43,518 bases of DNA from Macrostomum lignano (GCA_002269645.1 NIVC01001282.1:1-43518); one strand, 5' to 3'. Shown: positions 22,546 to 35,162, counted from the stretch's first letter. Translations and numbers: made by a program. Notes: a model not told the origin generated them from the letters alone.

Positions 22546-22732
22546 TCTCTTGTATGTACACTCTCTGTGCCTGGGGGTTGGTCCTCATGGGTGTGACAAC
22601 CCTTGGCTAATTTTCGTGCATCGAAACCGGGGTTACTATGGAGCGAGAGTCGGGCGTGTTAAACTTGCTCCACCCCTCTAAGCCAGCCAACCAGAGCCGT
22701 GGACTCAGTTCAACTGCTTCCAATTGCCGCAG

Positions 22733-23329
22733 GCGGACGACCCAGCTGAGTCCACCATGCTGCGCTGCCAGCCAGACATTCTGAAGTCGGCCACCACCGG
22801 CAGAGGCCAGAAGCTGCAGCAGCGGCAGCAGCACCAGGAAGGCTCGTCGGGATTCTACCACTGCGCCACCATGGCCATAGACAACTCGAGACCGAGCGGC
22901 TCCGCTAGGCGCGGCGGCGGGTCTCGCGGGTCGCTGGTTCGATTCCCCAGCATCGGCTACCTGCAGGCATCGGCCGGGCCGGCCGGGGCTGATGCGGATG
23001 CCGCAGGCGGCAGCTACGCGCCTGTCTATGGCAAAAACTACTCGGAGCGGCTGTCCCGCAAAGTGTACGCCACCGCCGCCGCGGCGTCCAGGCTGCCTAC
23101 GGAAGCTGCAGCAGCAGAGGAGAAGCCAAGGAAACCGGAAGAATCCTCTAGTAGCAGCAAAACTCTGCTGCCCAAGATGGAGGTCCAGCAGCAGCAGCAG
23201 CAGCAGAGAGGCTTCGACCCTCACGGCTACGCCATGCTGACTGACCCCGCCTCGTCGACTCCGACGGGAGCAACCGTTGCTAAGGCAACCGTGTGCAAAA
23301 CTCCGTACATGACCTCGAGCTTTGTGTAA
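22733..23329 (+). CDS. Protocadherin exon 3, cytoplasmic tail ending SSFV; spliced protein 1090 aa
   Basis: Acceptor CCGCAG|GCG in phase 0; open to TAA 23327-23329; QPDIL motif; C-terminal S-x-V class I PDZ-binding motif. Confidence 0.82.
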   Translation, partial: ADDPAESTMLRCQPDILKSATTGRGQKLQQRQQHQEGSSGFYHCATMAIDNSRPSGSARRGGGSRGSLVRFPSIGYLQASAGPAGADADAAGGSYAPVYGKNYSERLSRKVYATAAAASRLPTEAAAAEEKPRKPEESSSSSKTLLPKMEVQQQQQQQRGFDPHGYAMLTDPASSTPTGATVAKATVCKTPYMTSSFV

Positions 23330-23489
23330 CTAATTAGCTAATATAGAGCTACCGTTTGTTACTCTTTAGCTTATCTTATGCCAGCAAAATTCTTTGCAAT
23401 GATGTATTATCACATGATTATTGTTTGATGCGCCAACTTTCGAAACCATGACATTCAAAGATATTCCTTCGTTACTATAGATGATATAT

Positions 23490-23505
23490 AGATAGACAGA
23501 TAGAT

Positions 23506-23547
<42 letters not shown>

Positions 23548-23548
23548 C

Positions 23549-23586
<38 letters not shown>

Positions 23587-23624
23587 GTAGATAGATAGAC
23601 AGATAGATAGATAGATAGATAGAC

Positions 23625-23655
<31 letters not shown>

Positions 23656-23720
23656 CAGATAGATAGACAGATAGATAGACAGACAGATAGATAGACAGAT
23701 AGATAGATAGATAGATAGAC

Positions 23721-23763
<43 letters not shown>

Positions 23764-23832
23764 CAGATAGATAGATAGATAGATAGACAGACAGATAGAT
23801 AGACAGATAGATAGATAGATAGATAGACAGAC

Positions 23833-23874
<42 letters not shown>

Positions 23875-24012
23875 GTAGATAGATAGACAGATAGATAGAT
23901 AGATAGATAGATAGATAGGTAGATAGATAGACAGATAGATAGACAGATAGATAGATAGATAGATAGACAGACAGATAGATAGACAGATAGATAGATAGAT
24001 AGATAGACAGAC

Positions 24013-24073
<61 letters not shown>

Positions 24074-24132
24074 TTGTAGATAGATAGATAGATAGATAGA
24101 TAGGTAGATAGATAGATAGATAGATAGATAGC
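23490..24132 (+). repeat. (GATA)n/(GACA)n microsatellite, about 640 bp
   Basis: Direct reading; the IYLS-repeat ORFs are artefacts. Confidence 0.97.
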
Positions 24133-25294
24133 AGAGCATAACTCAGCCAGTCCATGTTGAGTTCTCGCTCGCCCAGAAACACCATAAAGCGAGGAGCCCA
24201 AATTCCGCCATCAAAATTTCCGGCTTGGCAAAATTAATCCCCCTCACCTGCACCAAAAGCCCAAGACAAAAACAGGCCGGGCGTCCCTGGCTGCGCGTCA
24301 GGTTTTATTTACGACCCGGCCCGGGCGTCCCGCGGGCGGTGGGGGAGGGGGCGGCGGCAGCGGCTTTGATATCTCCGGGACCGTCCGTACCCCAGATGAG
24401 CCCCACAGCAAACTCTTCGCGGCACATATTTGCGGTATGATGAAGCTCGGCAGACTCCCGCTCGCGGTAAACCGGTCCATAAAAATGTACCGCCAATCTC
24501 AGCGAGGAAGTCGGGGATTAATTTCCCAGTCTTATTGGACTAACAGCCAGCCCGGAAGTTCACCTGGGCCTAATTGCCATCATCGCTCTAACGTCTTCTC
24601 AATGGAGAAAGTTGCATAAATAATCTACGCTGGAATTCAGCAGCCGATTAAGTGGCAGAGATGAAGACAAATGGAAGCTGGAGATCCTGTCCAGTGGAGT
24701 ATTGAATCAGGAAGCGGCGTTTGGGGGGGCAAGCAAGAGACAAATGATGGCGCGGCAGTGGAACAGGCAGGGAGCTGAGAAGAGCTCAACCGGCTTAACC
24801 CGAAACTCCAGCCCCCATTGTCCCAGCAGTGGCCGGGGGACCCTTCAGTTCAGCAGTTTTAGCAGCAGCTCCCTCCGCCATTCACTTTTTATTTTGCATG
24901 CATCGGTCTGCCACCTGCCGTGCTGGGGACCGGGGATCGATCGCTCCTCCGCAGAGCCAAGCACTTCACCTGCGGGCGGCGGCTGGGGGGGGGAGGCGTA
25001 ACACTTCTGACACCTTGAAGAGAACAAAGGGATGAATTTTTTGTTGAGGACAGCAGCCGGGGTGGAGAGGGAAAATTGAGACTGGAGGATGCTGAGAGAT
25101 GAGGGGTGGGGGAAACAATGAAGGGGTCGAAGTGAGGGACGGCGTCAAGCAGTGCCAAGCCTGTGGGGCAAACTTTCAAAGCTCAAGATGCAGGCATATG
25201 GGATCGTGAGCTGAGGGAGGACTGGAGAGTAAGGGAAGACTGGAGGTGAGTTAGACGGTTGGAGAAAAAGAAGGAAATAATTAGCAGAGAAGAG

Positions 25295-25810
25295 AAGAGA
25301 GATCAGAGAGGTAGGACTAGACGAGGGAGATCAGAGATCAGAGAGTAGAGAATATCAGGGAGATGGGAGTATAGAAAGGAGATCGGAGAGATGAGAGTAG
25401 ACAAGGGAGATCAGAGAGATGAGAGTAGAGAAGGGAGATCAGAGAGATGAGAGTAGAGAAGAGAGATCAGAGAGATGAGAGTAGAGATGGGAGATCAGAA
25501 AGATGAGAGTAGAGAATATCAGAGAGATGGGAGTATAGAAAGGAGATCGGAGAGATGAGAGTAGACAAGGGAGATCAGAGAGATGAGAGTAGAGAAGGGA
25601 GATCAGAGAGATGAGAGTAGAGAAGAGAGATCAGAGAGATGAGAGTAGAGAAGGGAGATCAGAGAGATGAGAGTAGAGAAGGGAGATCAGAGAGATGAGA
25701 GTAGAGAAGAGAGATCAGAGACATGAGAGTAGATAAGGGAGATCAGAGAGATGAGAGTAGAGAAGGGAGATCAGAGAGATGAGAGTAAAGAAGGGAGATC
25801 AGAGAGATGT
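25295..25810 (+). repeat. Purine-rich 28-bp minisatellite
   Basis: Unit GAGATCAGAGAGATGAGAGTAGAGAAGG, degenerate at the left edge. Confidence 0.9.
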
Positions 25811-26427
25811 AAGGCGGCAGAAGTTTAGATAAAAATGGCACAAAGGGGAAATTAAAGAGATTACGGAAAAGATTAAGCTCCCCGCTTGATCCCCTATAGA
25901 GAGTGCTGCACTACACAGCTGGCTACTGGGACCCCGCTGGCACTCATAGAGTTGGAGGGCAATAAAAATTCTCACACCCCGAGGACACGGGGACCAGCAG
26001 CAGCTACCCCCCCCCCCCCAGCTAGCAGCAGTCACGGGGCCAACTGTGCGCTCTGGATTTATCTACTCATCCAGAGAACAATGCAAGTCCCAACAATCCC
26101 AGGTAAGGGGCCGGTCCTCTCCCTCAACTTGAGTCCCGCAGCTTGGGTCTGAAAGACAAATGCGGGTGTGGGGTTTTAGCACCCCATGCAGCCTCTCTGA
26201 CAGCCGACTGAGCGCTGGCCATTAGGGATTTAATCTGGGAGAATGCGGCTGATGGTGGGGATGCCGGGAGCCGCGCTGGCGCCAGGTGCAGACAATAAAA
26301 CGCTGTTTTTGCGGATGCCACAAATCAAAAGCAATAAAACCTGACTGGACTGTTTATGATGCGCCAAGCCAGGTAAACACTGGCAAATCTTCTCAACGAT
26401 GGTAGAGCAAAGAGTGAGGAGGAGACA

Positions 26428-28348
26428 ATCTCCCATAGCAGCGATTCCACAATCTCCCATAGCAGAGATTCCACAATCTCCCATAGCAGCGATTCCACAA
26501 TCCACAGCAGCGATTACACAATCTCCCACAGCAGAGATTCCACAATCTCCCACAGCAGAGATTCCACAATCTCCCACAGAGACAGCAGCGATTCCACAAT
26601 CTCCCACAGCAGAGATTCCACAATCTCCCACAGCAGCGATTCCACAATCTCCCACAGAGACAGCAGCGATTCCACAATCTCCCACAGCAGCGATTCCACA
26701 ATCTCCCACAGAGACAGCAGCGATTCCACAATCTTCCACAGCAGCGATTACACAATCTCCCACAGAGACAGCAGCGATTACACAATCTCCCACAGCAGCG
26801 ATTCCACAATCTCCCACAGAGACAGCAGAGATTCCACAATCTCCCACAGAGACAGCAGAGATTCCACAATCTCCCACAGAGACAGCAGCGATTCCACAAT
26901 CTCCCACAGCAGAGATTCCACAATCTCCCACAGCAGAGATTCCACAATCTCCCACAGAGACAGCAGCGATTCCACAATCTCCCACAGCAGCGATTCCACA
27001 ATCTCCCACAGAGACAGCAGCGATTACACAATCTCCCACAGAGACAGCAGCGATTCCACAATCTCCCACAGAGACAGCAGCGATTCCACAATCTCCCACA
27101 GCAGCGATTCCACAATCTCCCACAGCAGAGATTCCACAATCTCCCACAGAGACAGCAGCGATTCCACAATCTCCCACAGCAGCGATTCCACAATCTCCCA
27201 CAGAGACAGCAGCGATTCCACAATCTCCCACAGCAGCGATTCCACAATCTCCCACAGAGACAGCAGAGATTCCAAATCTCCCACAGAGACAGCAGCGATT
27301 ACACAATCTCCCACAGAGACAGCAGCGATTACACAATCTCCCACAGAGACAGCAGCGATTCCACAATCTCCCACAGCAGAGATTCCACAATCTCCCACAG
27401 CAGAGATTCCACAATCTCCCACAGAGACAGCAGCGATTCCACAATCTCCCACAGCAGCGATTCCACAATCTCCCACAGAGACAGCAGCGATTACACAATC
27501 TCCCACAGAGACAGCAGCGATTCCACAATCTCCCACAGAGACAGCAGCGATTACACAATCTCCCACAGAGACAGCAGCGATTACACAATCTCCCACAGAG
27601 ACAGCAGCGATTCCACAATCTCCCACAGCAGAGATTCCACAATCTCCCACAGCAGAGATTCCACAATCTCCCACAGAGACAGCAGCGATTCCACAATCTC
27701 CCACAGCAGCGATTCCACAATCTCCCACAGAGACAGCAGCGATTACACAATCTCCCACAGAGACAGCAGCGATTCCACAATCTCCCACAGAGACAGCAGC
27801 GATTACACAATCTCCCACAGAGACAGCAGCGATTACACAATCTCCCACAGAGACAGCAGCGATTCCACAATCTCCCACAGCAGAGATTCCACAATCTCCC
27901 ACAGCAGAGATTCCACAATCTCCCACAGAGACAGCAGCGATTCCACAATCTCCCACAGCAGAGATTCCACAATCTCCCACAGAGACAGCAGCGATTCCAC
28001 AATCTCCCACAGCAGCGATTCCACAATCTCCCACAGCAGAGATTCCACAATCTCCCACAGCAGAGATTCCACAATCTCCCACAGAGACAGCAGCGATTCC
28101 ACAATCTCCCACAGCAGAGATTCCACAATCTCCCACAGAGACAGCAGCGATTCCACAATCTCCCACAGCAGCGATTCCACAATCTCCCACAGCAGCGATT
28201 CCACAATCTCCCACAGAGACAGCGGAGATTCCACAATCTCCCACAGAGACAGCAGCGATTACACAATCTCCCACAGAGACAGCAGCGATTACACAATCTG
28301 CCACAGAGACAGCAGCGATTACACAATCTCCCACAGAGACAGCAGCTA
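26428..28348 (+). repeat. Minisatellite of interspersed 24-bp and 30-bp units
   Basis: Units CAGCAG(C/A)GATT(C/A)CACAATCTCCCA with or without a leading CAGAGA; 1-nt deletion near 27273. Confidence 0.95.
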
Positions 28349-29010
28349 CTGAACATAGTTCCAATGGGTTAGTGGACATTTCAAATCCCCAGCAAAACAT
28401 CTAGGTACATCTAGGTACTAAATAACATTCAATCTTTTCAATTTAAAAACACTCTTAAACATAATAGCATTCTCATTCAGCCAAACAGCAACTTACTTCA
28501 AGCACACAAACGTTTCAGCAGTGCAGATAGCTCACGTATTAGAAATCATTGACATCGCCTCTCATACTTGAGTTTCATCCATGCAGCAATGGAGTATCAA
28601 CTAGGGCTGCTCAGTCAGCTATAACAAGAGGAATCCAATGCACACACAAGCACTCATGAAACAAAAATGGGTAAAAAAAAGCGCCGATGCATATCAACTC
28701 GGCCTCTTCACTCACCTGAGCTAAAAACACACAAGAGAGGCACTTCTAGCTGTAATGGCCCTCCTGTTTTACGTCTGCTGCAATCAAGGCAGCAGTGACA
28801 CTCCAGCTTAGCCTACGAGTTGTTTAAGTCTGGCTTGTATTCGATCAAAAGAAAATACGAGCAACCGTGTAGATATGCATAATTGCGTCAGCTAAAAACC
28901 TCACTTTTAGCCGACTATCATTATCTAGGCATTTAAACATGGCATCTGAATACCTTTGTGTCCCCTTACCTTACCCTAGCGCTCTCTTACACTCTCGCCA
29001 TATACACTAT

Positions 29011-29321
29011 CTACTCACTCCCCTGCCTACTCAATCTGTCTACTCACTCCCCTGCCTACTCAATCTGTCTACTCACTCCCCTGCCTACTCAATCTGTCTG
29101 CTCACTCCCCTGCCTACTCAATCTGTCTGCTCACTCCCCTGCCTACCCAATCTGTCTACTCACTCCCCTGCCTACCCAATCTGTCTACTCACTCCCCTGC
29201 CTACTCAATCTGTCTGCTCACTCCCCTGCCTACTCAATCTGTTTACTCACTCCCCTCCCTACTCAATCTGTCTGCTCACTCCCCTGCCTACTCAATCTGT
29301 CTACTCACTCCCCTGCCTACA
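29011..29321 (+). repeat. 29-bp minisatellite
   Basis: Unit CTACTCACTCCCCTGCCTACTCAATCTGT, about 10 copies. Confidence 0.93.
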
Positions 29322-29947
29322 CCCTGCTAGCTTTTCAACAGGTAAAAAGCTGTATTCCAAATAACAATTCATTCGCAGTGTAAAAAAAGCATGAACTCTA
29401 GCGATGATTCACTGTGAATGAAACGAAAACCATCAGTCCGTGAATTTCTAAACTCAGCAAGGGTTCTCCTGCTCGGATAGATGATTGACAAGCTGCTGAA
29501 TTGGAAGCTGATTGAATGACAAGTCAATAATAAGTGCACAATAGCAAAATAGTTTTCGAAAGCCAATAAAACAATCACTATGCACATAATTTCTGCGAGA
29601 GGGAAAAAATTTATGGCTAACTACCGCGGAACTGGTGGTAGCCAATGTATCATTCATTTAATATATCCTATTTGATAGCCTACAGTTAATATAATACGAT
29701 AGCAGAGTGATCACTGCAAGTCAATTCAATTATAACAAAGAGCTACAATTTCTAATAGTAAATATAGCGAAGTTTTATGTGTTTGTTTTTCTGCGTGCTA
29801 CTGTAGTTGAATAACCAATGCTAATTAACATCTGTGGTTCTGGTATTTGAAGATTACTTACAGGCAAACAATGGGTTATTGGGAATAGAGAACCAAGTTT
29901 ACACTTTGCTATCACCCTAGTACAGAGAGTGACATCGTTTACGCAGA

Positions 29948-31165
29948 CAGAGTGACATCACCCCAGCACTCTGAGTGACACCACCCCAACACTCTGAGTG
30001 ACATCACCCCAGCACTCTGAGTGACACCACCCCAGCACTCTGAGTGACATCACCCCAGCACTCTGAGTGACATCACCCAAGCACTCTGAATGACCTCACC
30101 CAAGCACTCCGAATGACCTCACCCAAGCACTCCGAATGACCTCACCCAAGCACTCCGAATGACCTCACCCAAGCACTCCGAATGACCTCACCCAAGCACT
30201 CCGAATGACCTCACCCAAGCACTCCGATTGACCTCACCCAAGCACTCTGAATGACCTCACCCAAGCACTCCGAATGACCTCACCCAAGCACTCCGAATGA
30301 CCTCACCCAAGCACTCCGAATGACCTCACCCAAGCACTCCGAATGACCTCACCCAAGCACTCCGAATGACCTCACCCAAGCACTCCGAATGACCTCACCC
30401 AAGCACTCCGATTGACCTCACCCAAGCACTCTGAATGACCTCACCCAAGCACTCCGAATGACCTCACCCAAGCACTCCGAATGACCTCACCCAAGCACTC
30501 CGAATGACCTCACCCAAGCACTCCGAATGACCTCACCCAAGCACTCCGAATGACCTCACCCAAGCACTCCGAATGACCTCACCCAAGCACTCTGAGTGAC
30601 CTCACCCAAGCACTCTGAGTGACCTCACCCAAGCACTCTGAATGACATCACCCAAGCACTCCGAATGACCTCACCCAAGCACTCCGAATGACCTCACCCA
30701 AGCACTCCGAATGACCTCACCCAAGCACTCCGAATGACCTCACCCAAGCACTCCGAATGACCTCACCCAAGCACTCCGAATGACCTCACCCAAGCACTCC
30801 GAATGACCTCACCCAAGCACTCCGAATGACCTCACCCAAGCACTCTGAGTGACCTCACCCAAGCACTCTGAATGACATCACCCAAGCACTCCGATTGACC
30901 TCACCCAAGCACTCTGAGTGACCTCACCCAAGCACTCTGAATGACATCACCCAAGCACTCCGAATGACCTCACCCAAGCACTCCGAATGACCTCACCCAA
31001 GCACTCCGAATGACCTCACCCAAGCACTCCGAATGACCTCACCCAAGCACTCTGAGTGACCTCACCCAAGCACTCTGAATGACATCACCCAAGCACTCTG
31101 AATGACCTCACCCGAGTGATTTCATCTAAGCACACAGAGTGACATCACCCCAGCACTCCCGAGTG
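29948..31165 (+). repeat. 23-bp minisatellite
   Basis: Unit GACCTCACCCAAGCACTCCGAAT, about 50 copies, with GAGTGACATCACCCCAGCACTCT variants at both edges. Confidence 0.95.
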
Positions 31166-31251
31166 CCTGTAAAAGTACATCTCAACTAAAGCTACCCCAA
31201 ACCCACGCAACAAGCCAGTCTGAAAGTACAAGAAATGAATTCGGTCAAAGT

Positions 31252-31617
31252 TCAGACATCCTCCATCTCCTGCGGCACCTGCATGTTGATTCGCGGATAC
31301 GGGTGCAGCGGCAGCAGTCCCGGCTCGGTAGGCGGCTTCGGCAACTGCTGCAGATTGGGATAATATTTATTCCTGTAGGCTCGCAAATCTTCCCAATTGT
31401 AGGCCGGCGCGTTCTCCTCCGTGACATTGACATCCTGCGGCCTGGCAACAAAGTAATAGTGCCTGAATGGCACAATGGTCTCTGGCGGCAGCTGCAGGCA
31501 CTTGGCTCGCCTATAGGCGTAGAAGCCAAGAGCGCCGACCACAATTGGCACAGTGTAGAACAGGTGCGGAGCCCGGGTGGCGAATTGCTTGAGAAGTTCG
31601 TTGACTCGGGCCAGCAT
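31252..31617 (-). CDS. Small single-pass membrane protein, 121 aa, possibly complex I accessory subunit NDUFA3/B9-like
   Basis: ATG 31617 directly after CTGCAG|CC (possible acceptor); GC-rich codon usage; one hydrophobic segment (LFYTVPIVVGALGFYAY) followed by FRHYYFVARPQD, which resembles the YxxxYxVxRxDD motif I recall from invertebrate NDUFA3. Family assignment is uncertain. Confidence 0.5.
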   Translation of the reverse strand: MLARVNELLKQFATRAPHLFYTVPIVVGALGFYAYRRAKCLQLPPETIVPFRHYYFVARPQDVNVTEENAPAYNWEDLRAYRNKYYPNLQQLPKPPTEPGLLPLHPYPRINMQVPQEMEDV

Positions 31618-31744
31618 GGCTGCAGGCTGACGAGGCCAGAGGCATGAATCAACCAAGGCATCGGTAGGTTGAACGGGTCGGGTGGATTTAAAAAAATTCG
31701 TTACTTTCATTTCTAGGGAATTCTCGAGTGGGATCTGGCTCCGT

Positions 31745-31862
31745 TTCAGAGAATGATTTGGAGAATTATCCAGTGGAATTTCGGGTCAGTTCCAGAGAAT
31801 GATTTGGGGAATTCTCCAGTAGAATTTCGGGTCAGTTCCAGAGAATGATTTGGGGAATTCTT
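31745..31862 (+). repeat. 46-bp tandem repeat, about 2.5 copies
   Basis: Unit CCAGAGAATGATTTGGGGAATTCTCCAGTAGAATTTCGGGTCAGTT. Confidence 0.85.
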
Positions 31863-32484
31863 GATGGTAGTTGCGAGATTCTAGTTCTCGGAAACATTTT
31901 CAAGGATTCTAGGCTACTTCATCAGATATTCTAAAGGGCTAAACTGACAAAACCATATCAGTTGAGGCTGAAGTAATTTCGGATAGTGCACGATTGTCTT
32001 TAACCATGTTATCCACACAGCTAATTTTTTAGTCGCAAAATTGAGAAACCGGTAAAAGCTTTCCTTAGCTTAGTCTCTGTAGCATATTCTAATGAGAAAC
32101 TTCTTTTTCAACTCGAGTGGTCTCTCCAATTATGTTTTTCATTCTGTTTCTTTTATCTAAGCGCGCCCAGTGCAATAAAATAAAAATGGCGCACACAGAA
32201 AAACTTGACTCGCATGAGTGGTCGGCTGAAAAGGGCCGGCGTATCGGCAACAATGCGACAGAGAAAGATGCGAAGAAACGCAACACCGCCTGTACACCAA
32301 CAATAGGGAGCGAGAGAGCGCTAGCGGCAGAGCCGAGTCAAAATGGTAACAAAATGCAAGCAGCACTCGAGTAACACAAGCCGACCTCCTGAGCTTAGCG
32401 AAATTAAAAAGCACTGCTGTTGCTTCTGCTGCTGTAGATTTGGTGTGGCTGACTCAATTACACAGGTAAAGCCCAGGTAAAAAT

Positions 32485-32710
32485 ATGAGCAAAAAACCGG
32501 CCAAGAAGCAGAAGCAGCAAACGCCGGACGATGTAATGAGTAGCCTGACCCAGGAGCAGATTCACGAATACTACGAAGCTTTCTGCATGTACGACCACGA
32601 CGGCAGCGGCACCATCGACACCTCGGAGCTGGCCATCATCATGACCTCGTTGGGCCAGAACATCACTGAGCCTGAGCTCGAACGGTTGGTGCACGAAGTC
32701 GACGCTGATG
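32485..32710 (+). CDS. Calmodulin-like EF-hand protein, exon 1
   Basis: [12 protein letters not shown]...[45 protein letters not shown]; donor G|GTGAGA at 32711. Confidence 0.9.
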
Positions 32711-32777
32711 GTGAGACTTGAGAGATGGGGCCAAAGTAGCTAATCGGTGGCAAATTATGAAAATCCAGTACTCCAAT

Positions 32778-33600
32778 GAGGGTCACTGAGGAGCACTCCA
32801 GTTGCATTCCCGACTCCAATGAGGAGTCAATGAGGAGCACTCCAGTTGCATTCCCGACTCCAACAAGAGGTCACTGAGGAGCACTCCAGTTGCATTCCCG
32901 ACTCCAATGAGGAGTCAATGAGGAGCACTCCAGTTGCATTCCCGACTCCAACAAGAGGTCACTGAGGAGCACTCCAGTTGCATTCCCGACTCCAACAAGA
33001 GGTCACTGAGGAGCACTCCAGTTGCATTCCCGATTCTAACAAGAGGTCACTGAGGAGCACTCCAGTTGCATTCCCGATTCTAACAAGAGGTCACTGAGCA
33101 GCACTCCAGTTGCATTCCCGATTCCAACAAGAGGTCACTGAGGAGCACTCCAGTTGCATTCCCGATTCCAACAAGAGGTCACTGAGGAGCACTCCAGTTG
33201 CATTCCCGACTCCAACAAGAGGTCACTGAGGAGCACTCCAGTTGCATTCCCGATTCTAACAAGAGGTCACTGAGGAGCACTCCAGTTGCATTCCCGATTC
33301 TAACAAGAGGTCACTGAGGAGCACTCCAGTTGCATTCCCGATTCCAACAAGAGGTCACTGAGCAGCACTCCAGATGCATTCCCGATTCCAACAAGAGGTC
33401 ACTGAGGAGCACTCCAGTTGCATTCCCGATTCTAACAAGAGGTCACTGAGGAGCACTCCAGTTGCATTCCCGACTCCAACAAGAGGTCACTGAGGAGCAC
33501 TCCAGTTGCATTCCCGATTCCAACAAGAGGACACTGAGGAGCACTCCAGTTGCATTCCCGATTCCAACAAGAGGTCACTGAGGAGCACTCCAGTTGCTCC
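32778..33600 (+). repeat. 44-bp minisatellite in calmodulin-like intron 1
   Basis: Unit GAGGTCACTGAGGAGCACTCCAGTTGCATTCCCGA(T/C)TCCAACAA, about 18 copies. Confidence 0.95.
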
Positions 33601-34992
33601 TCCAGCACTCCAAGCAAAGACACTAAAGAAAATTTCTTTTCGAAGACACTTTAGTAACACAGCACCGATTTCTAAAATTTTGAGACATATCAAAGCAAAG
33701 AGATTGTGCTTTGTCAGGTGTTACAGTTGTCAAGAAAACTTTTTTAACTCCTACTTTACAGTACAGAAATAGGATAAGAAGGCAGATTAAGCAATAAAGC
33801 ACCTGCATATATTACTAATCAATTTCAACAAGTACATTGCTTGAAGATTGTCCAAAGCATCAGAGACTTTGATCTGAACTTCTGCAGATTAATTTATCGG
33901 TGTTGCACCATTTTGAAATTTACCAATCTGAACGGGTGCTCTATAAATTTTTATGCTTATCTCCCCTGTCAATAATTGGGACTTTTGGCTGGCAGGTCTT
34001 AAAATTGGTGCCGGTCCGCTTCCGGTCCAAGTAAGCGGAGGTCCCCAGGCTGAACTATAGTTTCTAATAATTGCAAGTTAACACCGGTATTTTGGGGGAA
34101 CCCAAACTCAAAGAAAGCATAAGCAGAGTTTAGCCAGCAATTTGAGACTCTTGACGCGTGTTTGAGGCAAGCCAAAAGCAAAGAACTCGTCAATGTTGAA
34201 AGATTGTATCCTTTTATTGCTAAATTCCGTCTCTATTAATGTGTTGGCACCAAATCTTGAGGCTAATAAACCAGCACAGGCCTTTGTGATTCATAATAGG
34301 TCGCAGGAGAGGGCAAGATCAAGCATACAGAAAAAAGTGATTTGTGACTGCGCGTCACAGAGAGAAAAGTTAGATGGGAAAAGAAGATCAAGCAGAACCC
34401 ACGCCCCCCCCCCCTGGTGAAAGATATCGAATTACGCGTAGGAGAGACTGGGAGGGGACGTCCAAACCTAAAGAGCCTGACTCTCTCCATCTATACAAAG
34501 CCTGGAAATGAATGAAATGCGAGATGAGTTGACAGACAGACGGACAGGTTTTAGTGACGAACTAGCCGTCCCTGTATGGCAGTTTTAGTGCAAACTTATA
34601 TGCTCAACTTTCAGTATGGCTTACGGCCAGGCTGCTGAGCTGGCTTCCAGCTTCCACGGCAAGAGGGGAGTCAGAATACCTTGGCTTAATCCTAATCCTA
34701 ATCCTAGCAAAACCTACTGCTGTGCCCGGCCATGCTGCAGAGTAATAGCTGCACCCTCTAGAGATTAACCAACAGTCGACCATTCAAATCCTGGTGTCGA
34801 TTCAAATCCTGGTTTTCTTCAACTCCCACTATCTCCCACAAGCTGCACAGCCTGCATGGCAACGTGCAAAAAACGGGGAAGATATCAGCTTTTTTATTCC
34901 TAGAAAGTTGACGTTTTTTTAAAAGAAACAAGTGCGTCACGTTTGAACAAAAATATATTATAGCTCTAAAAATTGACACCGACGTTCCGTAG

Positions 34993-35134
34993 GAAGCGGC
35001 ACCATCGATTTTCCCGAGTTCGTGTCGCTAATGGTGAATCACGTGAACAAACCGGTGACGAAAGAGGAGATTAAAAGCGCTTTTATGGTGTTCGACTTGG
35101 AGAAACGGGGTTACATCACCTCTGACGAGCTGCG
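34993..35134 (+). CDS. Calmodulin-like protein, exon 2
   Basis: Acceptor TTCCGTAG; encodes GSGTIDFPEFVSLM...SAFMVFDLEKRGYITSDELR; donor CG|GTGAGT; phases consistent with exons 1 and 3. Confidence 0.9.
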
Positions 35135-35162
35135 GTGAGTGGCTTGTGGCCTCGGGGCCAGG

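Noticed and set aside
23366-24201. IYLS-repeat ORFs
   Set aside because: Translation of the (GATA)n microsatellite.
26230-28400. Long ORFs (708, 657, 458 aa) resembling Cys-rich or mucin-like proteins
   Set aside because: They arise because the 24- and 30-bp units are multiples of 3 and lack stops in several frames; there is no signal peptide or unique domain, and both strands are open.
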